Shown here piece after piece: positions 1 to 7,372 of a DNA stretch of 10,094 nt. Numbering within the stretch: position 1 is the first letter of the stretch; each line of letters starts with the position of its first letter. The position numbers were made by a program, and so were the translations under genes. The notes beneath the pieces are model-generated. The model had not been told where the DNA came from and did no database searches. It saw only the letters and a program-made list of their open reading frames with translations. Where the stretch lies: assembly GCA_039679545.1 (NCBI GenBank), contig JBDKUT010000129.1, positions 1-10,094 on the forward strand, given 5' to 3'. The DNA comes from Thermotogota bacterium. Lineage in GTDB: Bacteria > Bipolaricaulota > Bipolaricaulia > UBA7950 > UBA9294.

Positions 1-446
1 TGCACGCGAAGATCCGTGTCCCACTCAGGCTTGTAGTGTACGAGGGCATTCCGCAGTCGAAGGACGCTGTCGGCATCTCTATAGACCTCGCTCTGCTGAC
101 TGAATTTCTCTTTTCCACAGATGAGGAGTGCCATCTGGTACTTCAGCACCGTGGGGCGCCGGTCAAGCTCCTGCCACCACTCAGCAAGCATGGATACGTT
201 CGTTGGCGTCAGTCCAGCGAGGCTATTCTGGCCCCTGTCTTGCGCTTCAAGGTAGAGCTCGTTGATTGACGACTCAAGGCCGGACACAGCCGATAGGATA
301 GCCCCCGTCACGTACGCACGATGCTCCGGCGTGTCCGCAGGACAACTTGGCGCTGTCTGCAGCTCGATGCTCTTGCTGGTCGAGGCGAAGTACCGTGCGG
401 CTCGGAGATGCTGCTTCGAGAAACTGTGCTTAACCTGGGGACTCAT
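1..446 (-). CDS. HEPN-like (RxxxxH) domain protein, C-terminus cut off by the window edge
   Basis: Hand translation of the minus strand from ATG at 446 is open to the edge: MSPQVKHSFSKQHLRAARYF...HRAYVTGAILSAVSGLESSINELY...KYQMALLICGKEKF...VLRLRNALVHYKPEWDTDLRV. It has an N-terminal 'S..LES.INE' helix and RNALVH at 53-36, the HEPN layout. It is absent from the ORF track because there is no stop in the window. Confidence 0.75.
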   Translation of the reverse strand, partial: MSPQVKHSFSKQHLRAARYFASTSKSIELQTAPSCPADTPEHRAYVTGAILSAVSGLESSINELYLEAQDRGQNSLAGLTPTNVSMLAEWWQELDRRPTVLKYQMALLICGKEKFSQQSEVYRDADSVLRLRNALVHYKPEWDTDLRV

Positions 447-485
447 TGGGTTGCCGCGTGCCTGTGGTGGCCTTCGCCTCCAACC

Positions 486-1277
486 TCAGCATGCCTCGCC
501 TTCCCCCGGGGAAAGACACTCTAGCATCTCCCTGGGCGGCTGCATGATGTTGCCTAGGTGCCTATTACTCCACCAGAACTGCGTAAGCAGTGCGTAGGTA
601 AACAGGAGCAGGGCAAGTCCCATGAAGACGCGCGCTACTACCCCGTTGGGTCCGAACGCAAATGCGAGGGTAGCGAGTACAGAAAGGTAGAAGAGCAGGA
701 ACATATATCGCGTCCTGAAGAGCTCCGATCTCCACGGCAGACCGAATCGCCCACGCTCAAGCTCGACCTCTTGCCCTCGACGCCAAAACCACCGTGCGGT
801 AGGCACTTCCATTCCGAGGTAGGGCATCACATCCCGCGCCTTCCTCGCCCGCACGTCTGGAGGTATGGAGAGTAGACAGACAACCAAGTCGATCTTGTTA
901 CGATAGCACTCAAAAGCGACGCTCCAGCGGTACGTGTGTGCCAACGCGAAAAGCGTTGCCAGGAATACCAGGATGCTCGGCCAGAGTATCCTGCCAGCAG
1001 CCCCTGGGCCTCCAACCTGGGCCAGGGCAAACGCCTTGAACGCGATTGCGGTGGCAGCTGGCACAGTGTGGGTCGGCGCCGTCGAGTATGCGACCAGTGC
1101 TGCAAGAAGCACAGTATAGAGGGACAGAAGTTGGGTACGTTGGCTCTCGACATGCCTTGCGTGCTCCCACAGCTCCGAGAGAAGAACGGAGAGATCAGCG
1201 GAAGACGCGATGCGAGCTCTTGGCTGTGCTAGAGAACGTAGGCGACGGCTGCGATATCTCCTATTGTGCCTTCTCAT
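486..1277 (-). CDS. Uncharacterised ~4-TM membrane protein
   Basis: Track ORF 486..1346. ATG at 1277 is the more plausible start but is uncertain. An amphipathic helix ELWEHARHVESQR is followed by hydrophobic segments LLSLYTVLLAALVAY, ILWPSILVFLATLFALA, YMFLLFYLSVLATLAFAF and VFMGLALLLFTYALL. Confidence 0.7.
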   Translation of the reverse strand: MRRHNRRYRSRRLRSLAQPRARIASSADLSVLLSELWEHARHVESQRTQLLSLYTVLLAALVAYSTAPTHTVPAATAIAFKAFALAQVGGPGAAGRILWPSILVFLATLFALAHTYRWSVAFECYRNKIDLVVCLLSIPPDVRARKARDVMPYLGMEVPTARWFWRRGQEVELERGRFGLPWRSELFRTRYMFLLFYLSVLATLAFAFGPNGVVARVFMGLALLLFTYALLTQFWWSNRHLGNIMQPPREMLECLSPGEGEAC

Positions 1278-1382
1278 ATAGCCAACCAACCAGATACTAT
1301 CCGATTGAGCGCTCGTCGCCAAGCGCTCACAGGGCATAGGTGACATCGACAGCCAAGCTCCTTAGTAGCGGATGTGCGCGTC

Positions 1383-1412
1383 TTGGCGGAGCTGGCTGCC
1401 AGTGGATAGGAT
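1383..1412 (+). promoter_or_regulatory. Putative sigma70-type promoter giving a leaderless mRNA for the SIS gene
   Basis: TTGGCG (1383-1388), 18 nt, TAGGAT (1407-1412), 6 nt, then ATG 1419. Confidence 0.4.
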
Positions 1413-1418
1413 CTTCCC

Positions 1419-2432
1419 ATGGCAGTGCTGAAGGAAACGCGCCAACTGGCGGAACCAGATCCCACCGGATACGCGAAGTCTTGCCGGGAGGCGGTTGCGA
1501 TAGGAAGGGGATTCGATACCCACATCACGGTGGGTTCCCGAAGCAAGGTATACGTCTGCGGCTTGGGAGCGTCCGCTATCGCTGGGGACGTGCTCCAGGC
1601 ACTTGCACGCAAGCGCGTGATCTCATGCCGGAGCGACGCGACGCGGTTCGCTCACGATGGCACTGGACTTGTCGTTGTCATCAGTTACGAAGGTGATACG
1701 AAGGAGTCCCGAGCTTGCCTCGAGCTCGCTATGAGGCTTCAGAGCAGGGATGCGTCAAGGTCCTGCATGTGTGTCACGGGCAATCTCGATCTTGCCGAGC
1801 ACGCCAGATCTCGAGGAGCGAGTGCTCTGGTGGTTCCTCCGGGGTATGCACGCGGCAGGAAACTTGCGTATCTCGTGCTTCCGTTAGTCGGCGTTCTCTC
1901 CAGACTTGGCGTTCTTGAGGCGCCAGCTTCGTGGGATGACCTGTACAGCGCGGTGACGCCTTCTGCTCAAGAGTGCGAGGACGCAGCCGGTATCGCCGCG
2001 AAGATCCGTGGGCGGTACCCCGCGGTATATGGGACTGACAAGGCCGCGGGTCCGGCTGCGATGATGTGGGGCTTGCTTTTGCGCGAGGTGGCAGGTCTCA
2101 GGACATGGACAGGCGCGGTGCCGGACCTTCTCCACGATGAAGTGTGCACGTTCTCTGATCAGGTGACAGGACCGATGACGTGCGCGGTTCTGTTGACAGC
2201 GAATGCGCATGGAAGACGAGCTGCTGCGTTCTCCGCGGCCTGGGTCCGCGAACTCGGAGCAAGCGGTGTGGCGGTTGCCGAAGTGCGCGCTTGGGGCGAA
2301 TCTCAGCTTGCACGGCTGTTCTCGCTTGTACAGGTAGGAGAGCAAGTCGCGGAACATGTCGCCGTCGCGCGCGGGGTTGACCCAAGCCGTGCCGAGGCCG
2401 TCCTACGTAGCTACAAGCGCTCGAGCTGCTAG
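1419..2432 (+). CDS. Divergent SIS-domain protein of the bifunctional phosphoglucose/phosphomannose isomerase (PGI/PMI) family
   Basis: Collinear matches to family motifs: DPTG; VYVCGLGASAIAGD (cf. GMGGSGIGGD); VISYEGDTKE (cf. SYSGNTEE); PPGYARGR (cf. PGG.QPR); LREVAG...PDLLHDE (cf. NENAK...PELNHNE); GESQLARLFSLV; ARGVDP...YK. Confidence 0.8.
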   Translation: MAVLKETRQLAEPDPTGYAKSCREAVAIGRGFDTHITVGSRSKVYVCGLGASAIAGDVLQALARKRVISCRSDATRFAHDGTGLVVVISYEGDTKESRACLELAMRLQSRDASRSCMCVTGNLDLAEHARSRGASALVVPPGYARGRKLAYLVLPLVGVLSRLGVLEAPASWDDLYSAVTPSAQECEDAAGIAAKIRGRYPAVYGTDKAAGPAAMMWGLLLREVAGLRTWTGAVPDLLHDEVCTFSDQVTGPMTCAVLLTANAHGRRAAAFSAAWVRELGASGVAVAEVRAWGESQLARLFSLVQVGEQVAEHVAVARGVDPSRAEAVLRSYKRSSC

Positions 2433-2534
2433 GTCCAGCACCGGATCGGCTGTTGAGGAAGAACCGGGCGCCGGGGTTGGGCTCTCCGTCTGAGCACTTG
2501 GTTGTAGCGATGTCGGCCTGCCTGAACCTGTGAC

Positions 2535-3224
2535 CTACGCGACGTGAACTCGCACACACTCCGACAGCATCGTTGCTTCATCCGTGGTCCAGTCGTCTGA
2601 CAGCGTGAGTTCGAGGCGTTTCTCGACTTTGCGCGCGTTGCTGGCGGCGATCCAAAGGACGAGGCGGTAGGTGCCGGGCGGGAGGATGTGAGAGGGTTTG
2701 CTCGACGGGAACTGGACGGCGACGCTGAACGCGGTCCGGCCGGCGAGGCGCGCTTCATCGGCGTCGATGAGGGCCTCGCCGGGGAAGTCGCGCCGTCTCG
2801 CGGGATCGAAGACGTGGCCGAGAGTGCAGAATCCGATCATGCCGGGAGAGAGGGCTTCGAGGAACGGCGTGAGGGTCCACGACCAGAGGAGGTTCTTCGG
2901 CAGGAATGAGGCGACGCGCTTGAAGGTGCCGTCCTCTTGCTTGGCGAGGACGTCGGCGACGAAGATCTCGACCTGCTCGGCGCGGCTGTTGCCTGTGTTC
3001 AGGACGCGAAGGTTGAAGTAGTAGGCGTCGGCGGATACGCCCGGCGACGTTGGGTGCGAGACCAGGGTGTGGTGAAAGTCGGGCGGCTCGGCGTGCACCT
3101 CGAGGCCGAGCTTCGGGCGGACAAGGAGTCGTGCGATCCGGCTCTGAAACGCGGCGATTGTCGCCGACGTGATGGCGACGATCGCGAGGACCCACGTCCC
3201 AACCGGCGTTCCGCCCGTGTTCAC
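2535..3224 (-). CDS. Hypothetical protein with one N-terminal TM anchor and a beta-rich soluble domain
   Basis: Track ORF 2535..3230. SD AAGGAGG at 3240-3234 is best spaced to GTG 3224. TM segment WVLAIVAITSATIAAF, then RPKL...YYFNLRVLNTG..RAEQVE...PGTYRLVLWIAASNA. Confidence 0.75.
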   Translation of the reverse strand: MNTGGTPVGTWVLAIVAITSATIAAFQSRIARLLVRPKLGLEVHAEPPDFHHTLVSHPTSPGVSADAYYFNLRVLNTGNSRAEQVEIFVADVLAKQEDGTFKRVASFLPKNLLWSWTLTPFLEALSPGMIGFCTLGHVFDPARRRDFPGEALIDADEARLAGRTAFSVAVQFPSSKPSHILPPGTYRLVLWIAASNARKVEKRLELTLSDDWTTDEATMLSECVRVHVA

Positions 3225-3253
3225 TGCCACGCGCCTCCTTCCAAGTCGCTGCC

Positions 3254-3282
3254 AGCCTATGAATTGACGTATCGGCGGTCAA
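3254..3282 (-). promoter_or_regulatory. sigma70-type promoter for the hypothetical gene, overlapped by an inverted repeat
   Basis: Minus strand TTGACC (3282-3277), 17 nt, TAGGCT (3259-3254). Inverted repeat TGAATTGAC-N9-GTCAACTCA at 3260-3286. Confidence 0.6.
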
Positions 3283-3341
3283 CTCAGGTTCCGGAGCGAC
3301 CGGTGGGCGGCTGTGCACGCGGCGGGCAGAGACACGCGGGC

Positions 3342-3370
3342 TTGCGGGGTCCGTGCGAAGCTGATAGAGT
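3342..3370 (+). promoter_or_regulatory. sigma70-type promoter with extended -10 for the Grx-CcdA gene
   Basis: TTGCGG (3342-3347), 17 nt, TAGAGT (3365-3370), with TG at 3362-3363. Confidence 0.55.
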
Positions 3371-3436
3371 CGGGCCCACTGTGTCGGCCCGGTCGGCGGC
3401 GTGCTACGGGTGGGTCCCCGAGAGGAGGACGTCACG

Positions 3437-4915
3437 ATGAAGCGAGTCGTGCTCTGCGCCATGGCGGTTGCCTTTCTCCTTAGCCTTGTCGGCATGGCGG
3501 CGACCGAAGTCGTTCTCTTCTACGAGGAGGGGTGCCCTCACTGCGCTCGCATGGAGGCGCTGCTCCAGGAGATGCAGGCCGCGGGAGCGGCTCTCACGGT
3601 CAAGGAGTACAACGTCGCGAGCCAAGAGGGCCGCGACCTTCTGCCTCGGCTTCTCGCCGCGTATGGAGCCGAGATGGGACCGGTGCCGTTCCTGTTCGTC
3701 GCCGACACCGCGATCGTGCGCGACACTCTATACCGGGCTGGGTCGGGGGCGACTCCGGTCGTTCTCGCCGTGCGCGCGGTTGAGCTCGAAGCTCGCGCGG
3801 CGATCGACGCCGCCATTGCCGCCAACGCGCCGTCCCCTCTCGACCGACTTCCGGCGACGGCCACCGAGGCGGTTCTCATCCTGGCGAGCAACTGCCCGGA
3901 TTGCGACCGTCTCGACGAGTGGATGACCTCCGTGCAACGACAGCATCCGGAGCTTGCCGTCCGACGCGTCTCCGCGGACGACGAGGAAGGGAAGAAGACG
4001 CTCGACCGTCTCGCGAGGTTGTACCGCGCCCGCAGCGCTGTCCCGGCGCTCTTTGTCGGTGACACCGCTCTTCTGGGCGCGACCGTCTACCCCGGCCGCG
4101 AGAAGGCGAGGACATTCGCATTCTCCGACGAGGACACGGCCTTCCTAAGCGGCCGCGTCCAGCTGGCCATCGATCAGAAGGCGCCGCCGCCGCTCGACAG
4201 GGTGCGCGTGCGCGAGAAAGCGACCCTGTGGGCCGTCATCGGCTCGGCGGCGCTCGATTCGATCAACCCGTGCGACTTTGCCGTCATGCTCCTCCTCCTT
4301 GGACGGCTCCTGGTGATTGGACGTCGTCAGAAGGTCATCTGGGCCGGCCTCGCGTGGTCGGCGGGCGTGTACATCGTCTACTTCATGATGGGGTACGTCT
4401 TCTACACGCTTCTCGGAGTCACGGTCGGAACGCGTAGCCTGCGCGTCCCGTACATCATCACCGTTTCGGTGATTGCGATCCTGATGGGGCTGTGGCAGAT
4501 GAAGGACCTGCTCTGGTACGGGAAGTGGTTCTCGATCGAGGTGCCCGCGAAGTGGAAGCCCGTGCTGACGCGGGTGACGAACTCGGTCGTGTCGTTGCCC
4601 GGGGTGTTCGTCGCCGGGCTGATTGACGCGCTTTTCCTCGCGCCGTGCACGTCCGGTCCGTACCTCGCGATCCTGTCGCTCCTGTCGACCACGACGACAC
4701 GGACGCAGGGGGTGCTGCTGCTTCTCCTCTACAACCTGATCTTCATCCTGCCGATGATCGCGATCGCGCTCACCGTGCACTTCGGAATCACGACGACGGC
4801 GAGGGCCGAGCGCTGGCGCACGGCGAGGATGGGCAAGCTGCACTTCGTGACCGGCGTGGTCATGGTCCTGCTGGGCGTCGGGATGATCATCGGGGTCCAG
4901 CTCGGGTACATCTAG
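3437..4915 (+). CDS. Signal peptide + two glutaredoxin/thioredoxin-like domains + CcdA/DsbD-type transmembrane electron transporter
   Basis: SD AGGAGG then ATG 3437. Signal peptide MKRVVLCAMAVAFLLSLVGMA. CPHC (3533) and CPDC (3893), each followed by a cis-Pro loop VP(F/A)LFV. A ~6-TM C-terminal domain carries the two Pro-Cys motifs DSINPC (Cys 4271) and APCTSGPY (Cys 4646). Confidence 0.88.
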   Translation: MKRVVLCAMAVAFLLSLVGMAATEVVLFYEEGCPHCARMEALLQEMQAAGAALTVKEYNVASQEGRDLLPRLLAAYGAEMGPVPFLFVADTAIVRDTLYRAGSGATPVVLAVRAVELEARAAIDAAIAANAPSPLDRLPATATEAVLILASNCPDCDRLDEWMTSVQRQHPELAVRRVSADDEEGKKTLDRLARLYRARSAVPALFVGDTALLGATVYPGREKARTFAFSDEDTAFLSGRVQLAIDQKAPPPLDRVRVREKATLWAVIGSAALDSINPCDFAVMLLLLGRLLVIGRRQKVIWAGLAWSAGVYIVYFMMGYVFYTLLGVTVGTRSLRVPYIITVSVIAILMGLWQMKDLLWYGKWFSIEVPAKWKPVLTRVTNSVVSLPGVFVAGLIDALFLAPCTSGPYLAILSLLSTTTTRTQGVLLLLLYNLIFILPMIAIALTVHFGITTTARAERWRTARMGKLHFVTGVVMVLLGVGMIIGVQLGYI

Positions 4916-4967
4916 CCGCCCACGTTCGGCAAGGCTCCCTAGTGCCTGTCGGGCAGTTCTGCTCTTC

Positions 4968-5009
4968 TTGCGTTGGGCTGCTTTTCGACGTATAGTTGCT
5001 ATAGGAAAC
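4968..5009 (+). promoter_or_regulatory. Promoter of the marR-ABC operon with overlapping candidate MarR operator
   Basis: TTGCGT (4968-4973), 17 nt, TATAGT (4991-4996). Palindromes TATAG-TTG-CTATA (4991-5003) and GTTGC-TATAG-GAAAC (4995-5009) cover the -10/+1 region. Confidence 0.65.
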
Positions 5010-5017
5010 GGTTAGCT

Positions 5018-5479
5018 ATGGCAAGGATTGAAAGTTCGCCGGACGGTTGCGCGCGGGCTGTGCTCGACACGGTCCCGCTCGTGATGCGTGCTGTGCGGGC
5101 GGAAATGCGAAGCCGGCGCGGCTCCGACTTGTCTGTGCCCCAGTTCCGCGTGCTGGTCTTTGTGCGGCGGCGGCCCGGAGCGTCCCTGTCCGACGTTGCT
5201 CAGCATGTGGGGATGTTGCTTCCGTCAATGTCGAAGCTTGTGACGGGGCTCGTGGCGCGCGGTCTTGTCTCGAGGACGCCGTCCAAGACCGACCGGCGGC
5301 GCCTGGTCCTCGTCCTTACCGCAAAGGGCGGAGCACTCGTCGAGTCGGCGCGGCGCGGCGCGCAGGCTGGGCTTGCACGACGCCTCTCCGGACTCTCCCG
5401 GGAGGATCGAGAGGCCGTGGCGCGAGCGCTCTCGGCTCTGGACGCGCTCTTTGGCTCAGTCGAGAGGACGACCCTGTGA
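5018..5479 (+). CDS. MarR-family transcriptional regulator
   Basis: LSVPQFRVL...SLSDVAQHVG...SMSKLVTGLVARGLVSR.PS.TDRRRLVLVLTAKG, a winged HTH with the DRR motif. ATG at 5018. Confidence 0.93.
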   Translation: MARIESSPDGCARAVLDTVPLVMRAVRAEMRSRRGSDLSVPQFRVLVFVRRRPGASLSDVAQHVGMLLPSMSKLVTGLVARGLVSRTPSKTDRRRLVLVLTAKGGALVESARRGAQAGLARRLSGLSREDREAVARALSALDALFGSVERTTL

Positions 5480-6282
5480 GCAACACCCCCGCTGTCGATA
5501 CCCAGGCGCTGACGCGCCGATTCCGCACTCTCACGGCTGTCGACTCTCTCACTCTGTCGGTCGAGTCGGGCTCCGTGTTCGGACTTCTCGGCCCCAACGG
5601 GGCGGGAAAGACGACGGCGATCAAGATGCTGACGACGCTCCTGCCGCCAACAAGCGGCACCGCAACGGTGGCCGGCGCGGACATCGTCCGACATCCGGTC
5701 GCCGTTCGGCGCGCGATCGGCTACGTCCCGCAGATGCTCTCAGCGGATGGAACCCTGACCGGCTACGAGAATCTGCTCATCTTCGCCAAGCTGTACGGCG
5801 TCTCGCGCGTGCAGCGGAAGAAGCGCGTGCGAGACGCGCTCGCATTCATGAACCTCGAGGAGGCGGAGGACAAGCTCGTTCGCCAGTACTCGGGCGGGAT
5901 GATCCGGCGCCTTGAGATTGCCGAAGCCATGCTCCACGAGCCTCGCGTGCTGTTTCTGGACGAGCCGACGGTCGGCCTCGACCCGGTGGCGCGCCAGGCT
6001 GTGTGGGAGCGCATCGTTCGCTTCCGCGCCGACTACGGGACGACGGTCTTCCTCACCACCCACTACATGGAGGAGGCGGACGCCCTCTGTGAGCGGGTTG
6101 CCATCATGCATCGGGGCAAGGTGGTCGCGAGCGGAAGCCCGGCGGAGCTCAAGGAGTCGATCGGCGGGAACGGCGCGACCCTGGACGAGGTCTTCGCTCA
6201 CTACACCGGAGACGTGCTCGAATCGGGAGGGACCTACGGTGACACACGGCGGACACGTCGTACCGCGCGCCGACTCGGCTGA
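5476..6282 (+). CDS. ABC transporter ATP-binding protein (DrrA/NodI-like)
   Basis: GTG start overlaps the marR stop (GTGA). Walker A GPNGAGKTT, Q-loop YVPQ, signature YSGGM, Walker B LFLDEPT and H-loop TTHYM are present. Confidence 0.95.
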   Translation: MSNTPAVDTQALTRRFRTLTAVDSLTLSVESGSVFGLLGPNGAGKTTAIKMLTTLLPPTSGTATVAGADIVRHPVAVRRAIGYVPQMLSADGTLTGYENLLIFAKLYGVSRVQRKKRVRDALAFMNLEEAEDKLVRQYSGGMIRRLEIAEAMLHEPRVLFLDEPTVGLDPVARQAVWERIVRFRADYGTTVFLTTHYMEEADALCERVAIMHRGKVVASGSPAELKESIGGNGATLDEVFAHYTGDVLESGGTYGDTRRTRRTARRLG

Positions 6283-7090
6283 TCCAGGGCGCGTGCGAAG
6301 GGAGGGCACCGTCCGGGCGACGGGCGAGTTCATTCGGAAGGCGCTCGTCGTCGCCGAACTCGAGGCGCGCAAGCTGCGCCACGATCCGACGGAGCTCCTG
6401 ACTCGCGCCATCCAGCCCGCACTGTGGCTCCTCATTTTCGGCCAGGTGTTCACCCAGATTCGCGCCATTCCGACGGGGGACCTGCGGGATCTCGCCTTTA
6501 TGGCTCCGGGGATCCTGGCGCAGAGCGTGCTGTTCATTTCGATCTTCTACGGGATCTCGATCATTTGGGAGCGGGACCTTGGGATCGTCCACAAGTTTCT
6601 CGTCACGCCGACGCCGCGCGAGGCGATCGTCCTCGGGAAGGGCCTTTCCGCGGGAGTGCGCGGCCTGTCTCAGGCGGTGATCGTGTACGCCCTCGCTGCC
6701 GTGCTCGGAGTGAAGATCAACTGGAGTCCTGCCGCTCTCCTCGGCGTTGTGCTCGTTGTGACCCTCGGAGCCGCGGTCTTTTCCACCTTTTCCCTCATCA
6801 TCGCCTGCCTCGTGAAGACGCGCGAGCGGTTCATGGGAATCGGCCAGGTGATGACGATGCCGCTCTTCTTCGCGAGCAACGCGATCTACCCGATCGCCAT
6901 CATGCCGGCGTGGTTGCGAGTCATCGCACGCGGCAACCCGCTTACGTACGAGGTCGACGCGCTGCGCGCCCTGATGCTCCCCGGCCAGCCGAGCGCCCAC
7001 GGCCTGGGGCTCGACGTGCTGGTTCTCGTTGGAGTCACCGCGCTCTTCGTTCTCATTGCCGGCCGCCTTTATCCCAGGGTCGCGACGTGA
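6239..7090 (+). CDS. ABC-2 type transporter permease (DrrB-like)
   Basis: In frame with track ORF 5912..7090. GTG 6239 follows GGGAGG (6225-6230); GTG 6293 is an alternative start. About 6 TM, with motifs FMAPGIL, WERDLG...LVTP, PLFFASNAIYP and NPLTYEVDALR. Confidence 0.9.
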   Translation: MTHGGHVVPRADSADPGRVRREGTVRATGEFIRKALVVAELEARKLRHDPTELLTRAIQPALWLLIFGQVFTQIRAIPTGDLRDLAFMAPGILAQSVLFISIFYGISIIWERDLGIVHKFLVTPTPREAIVLGKGLSAGVRGLSQAVIVYALAAVLGVKINWSPAALLGVVLVVTLGAAVFSTFSLIIACLVKTRERFMGIGQVMTMPLFFASNAIYPIAIMPAWLRVIARGNPLTYEVDALRALMLPGQPSAHGLGLDVLVLVGVTALFVLIAGRLYPRVAT

Positions 7091-7372
7091 TGTGAGTGCG
7101 CCGAAGCCGCCGACGCGGCCGAGAGCGTAGGACCGGGCGGCCCGCTGGTTTCTCTTTGTCGTGAAGTGCCATCCATGCGGGACGAGGACTTGTGGCTTCG
7201 GCAGCAAACGGCCATTCCTCCCGAGCCTCGGAGTGCTGAATGGGTTTGCCGCGGAAGACAGCCGTCACCCCCGGGCCAATCCCAGGCGCTCGTATCCTTG
7301 GGCTTGCCGTTGGACGAGGCCGGCGGGACTTGCGACTAGCCTTTCGCCGGGGAGAGGGAGTAGGCTCGCGGC

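Noticed and set aside
36..597. Plus-strand ORFs 36..269, 262..597 and 321..524
   Set aside because: They are antisense to the motif-bearing minus-strand HEPN-like and TM genes and show no recognisable features.
5..2010. 14-bp direct repeat CGCGAAGATCCGTG at 5-18 and 1997-2010 as att/TSD
   Set aside because: Both copies lie inside coding sequence and do not bound a coherent element, so chance is plausible.
2433..2534. Integron attC-like site at the islet edge
   Set aside because: I found no matched RYYYAAC/GTTRRRY ends or extended imperfect palindrome.
5047..5475. N-terminal extensions of the ABC ATPase (411 aa), permease (392 aa) and peptidase (417 aa) track ORFs
   Set aside because: The extensions overlap upstream genes or terminators. 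Family homology starts at 5476, about 6239 and 8252 respectively.
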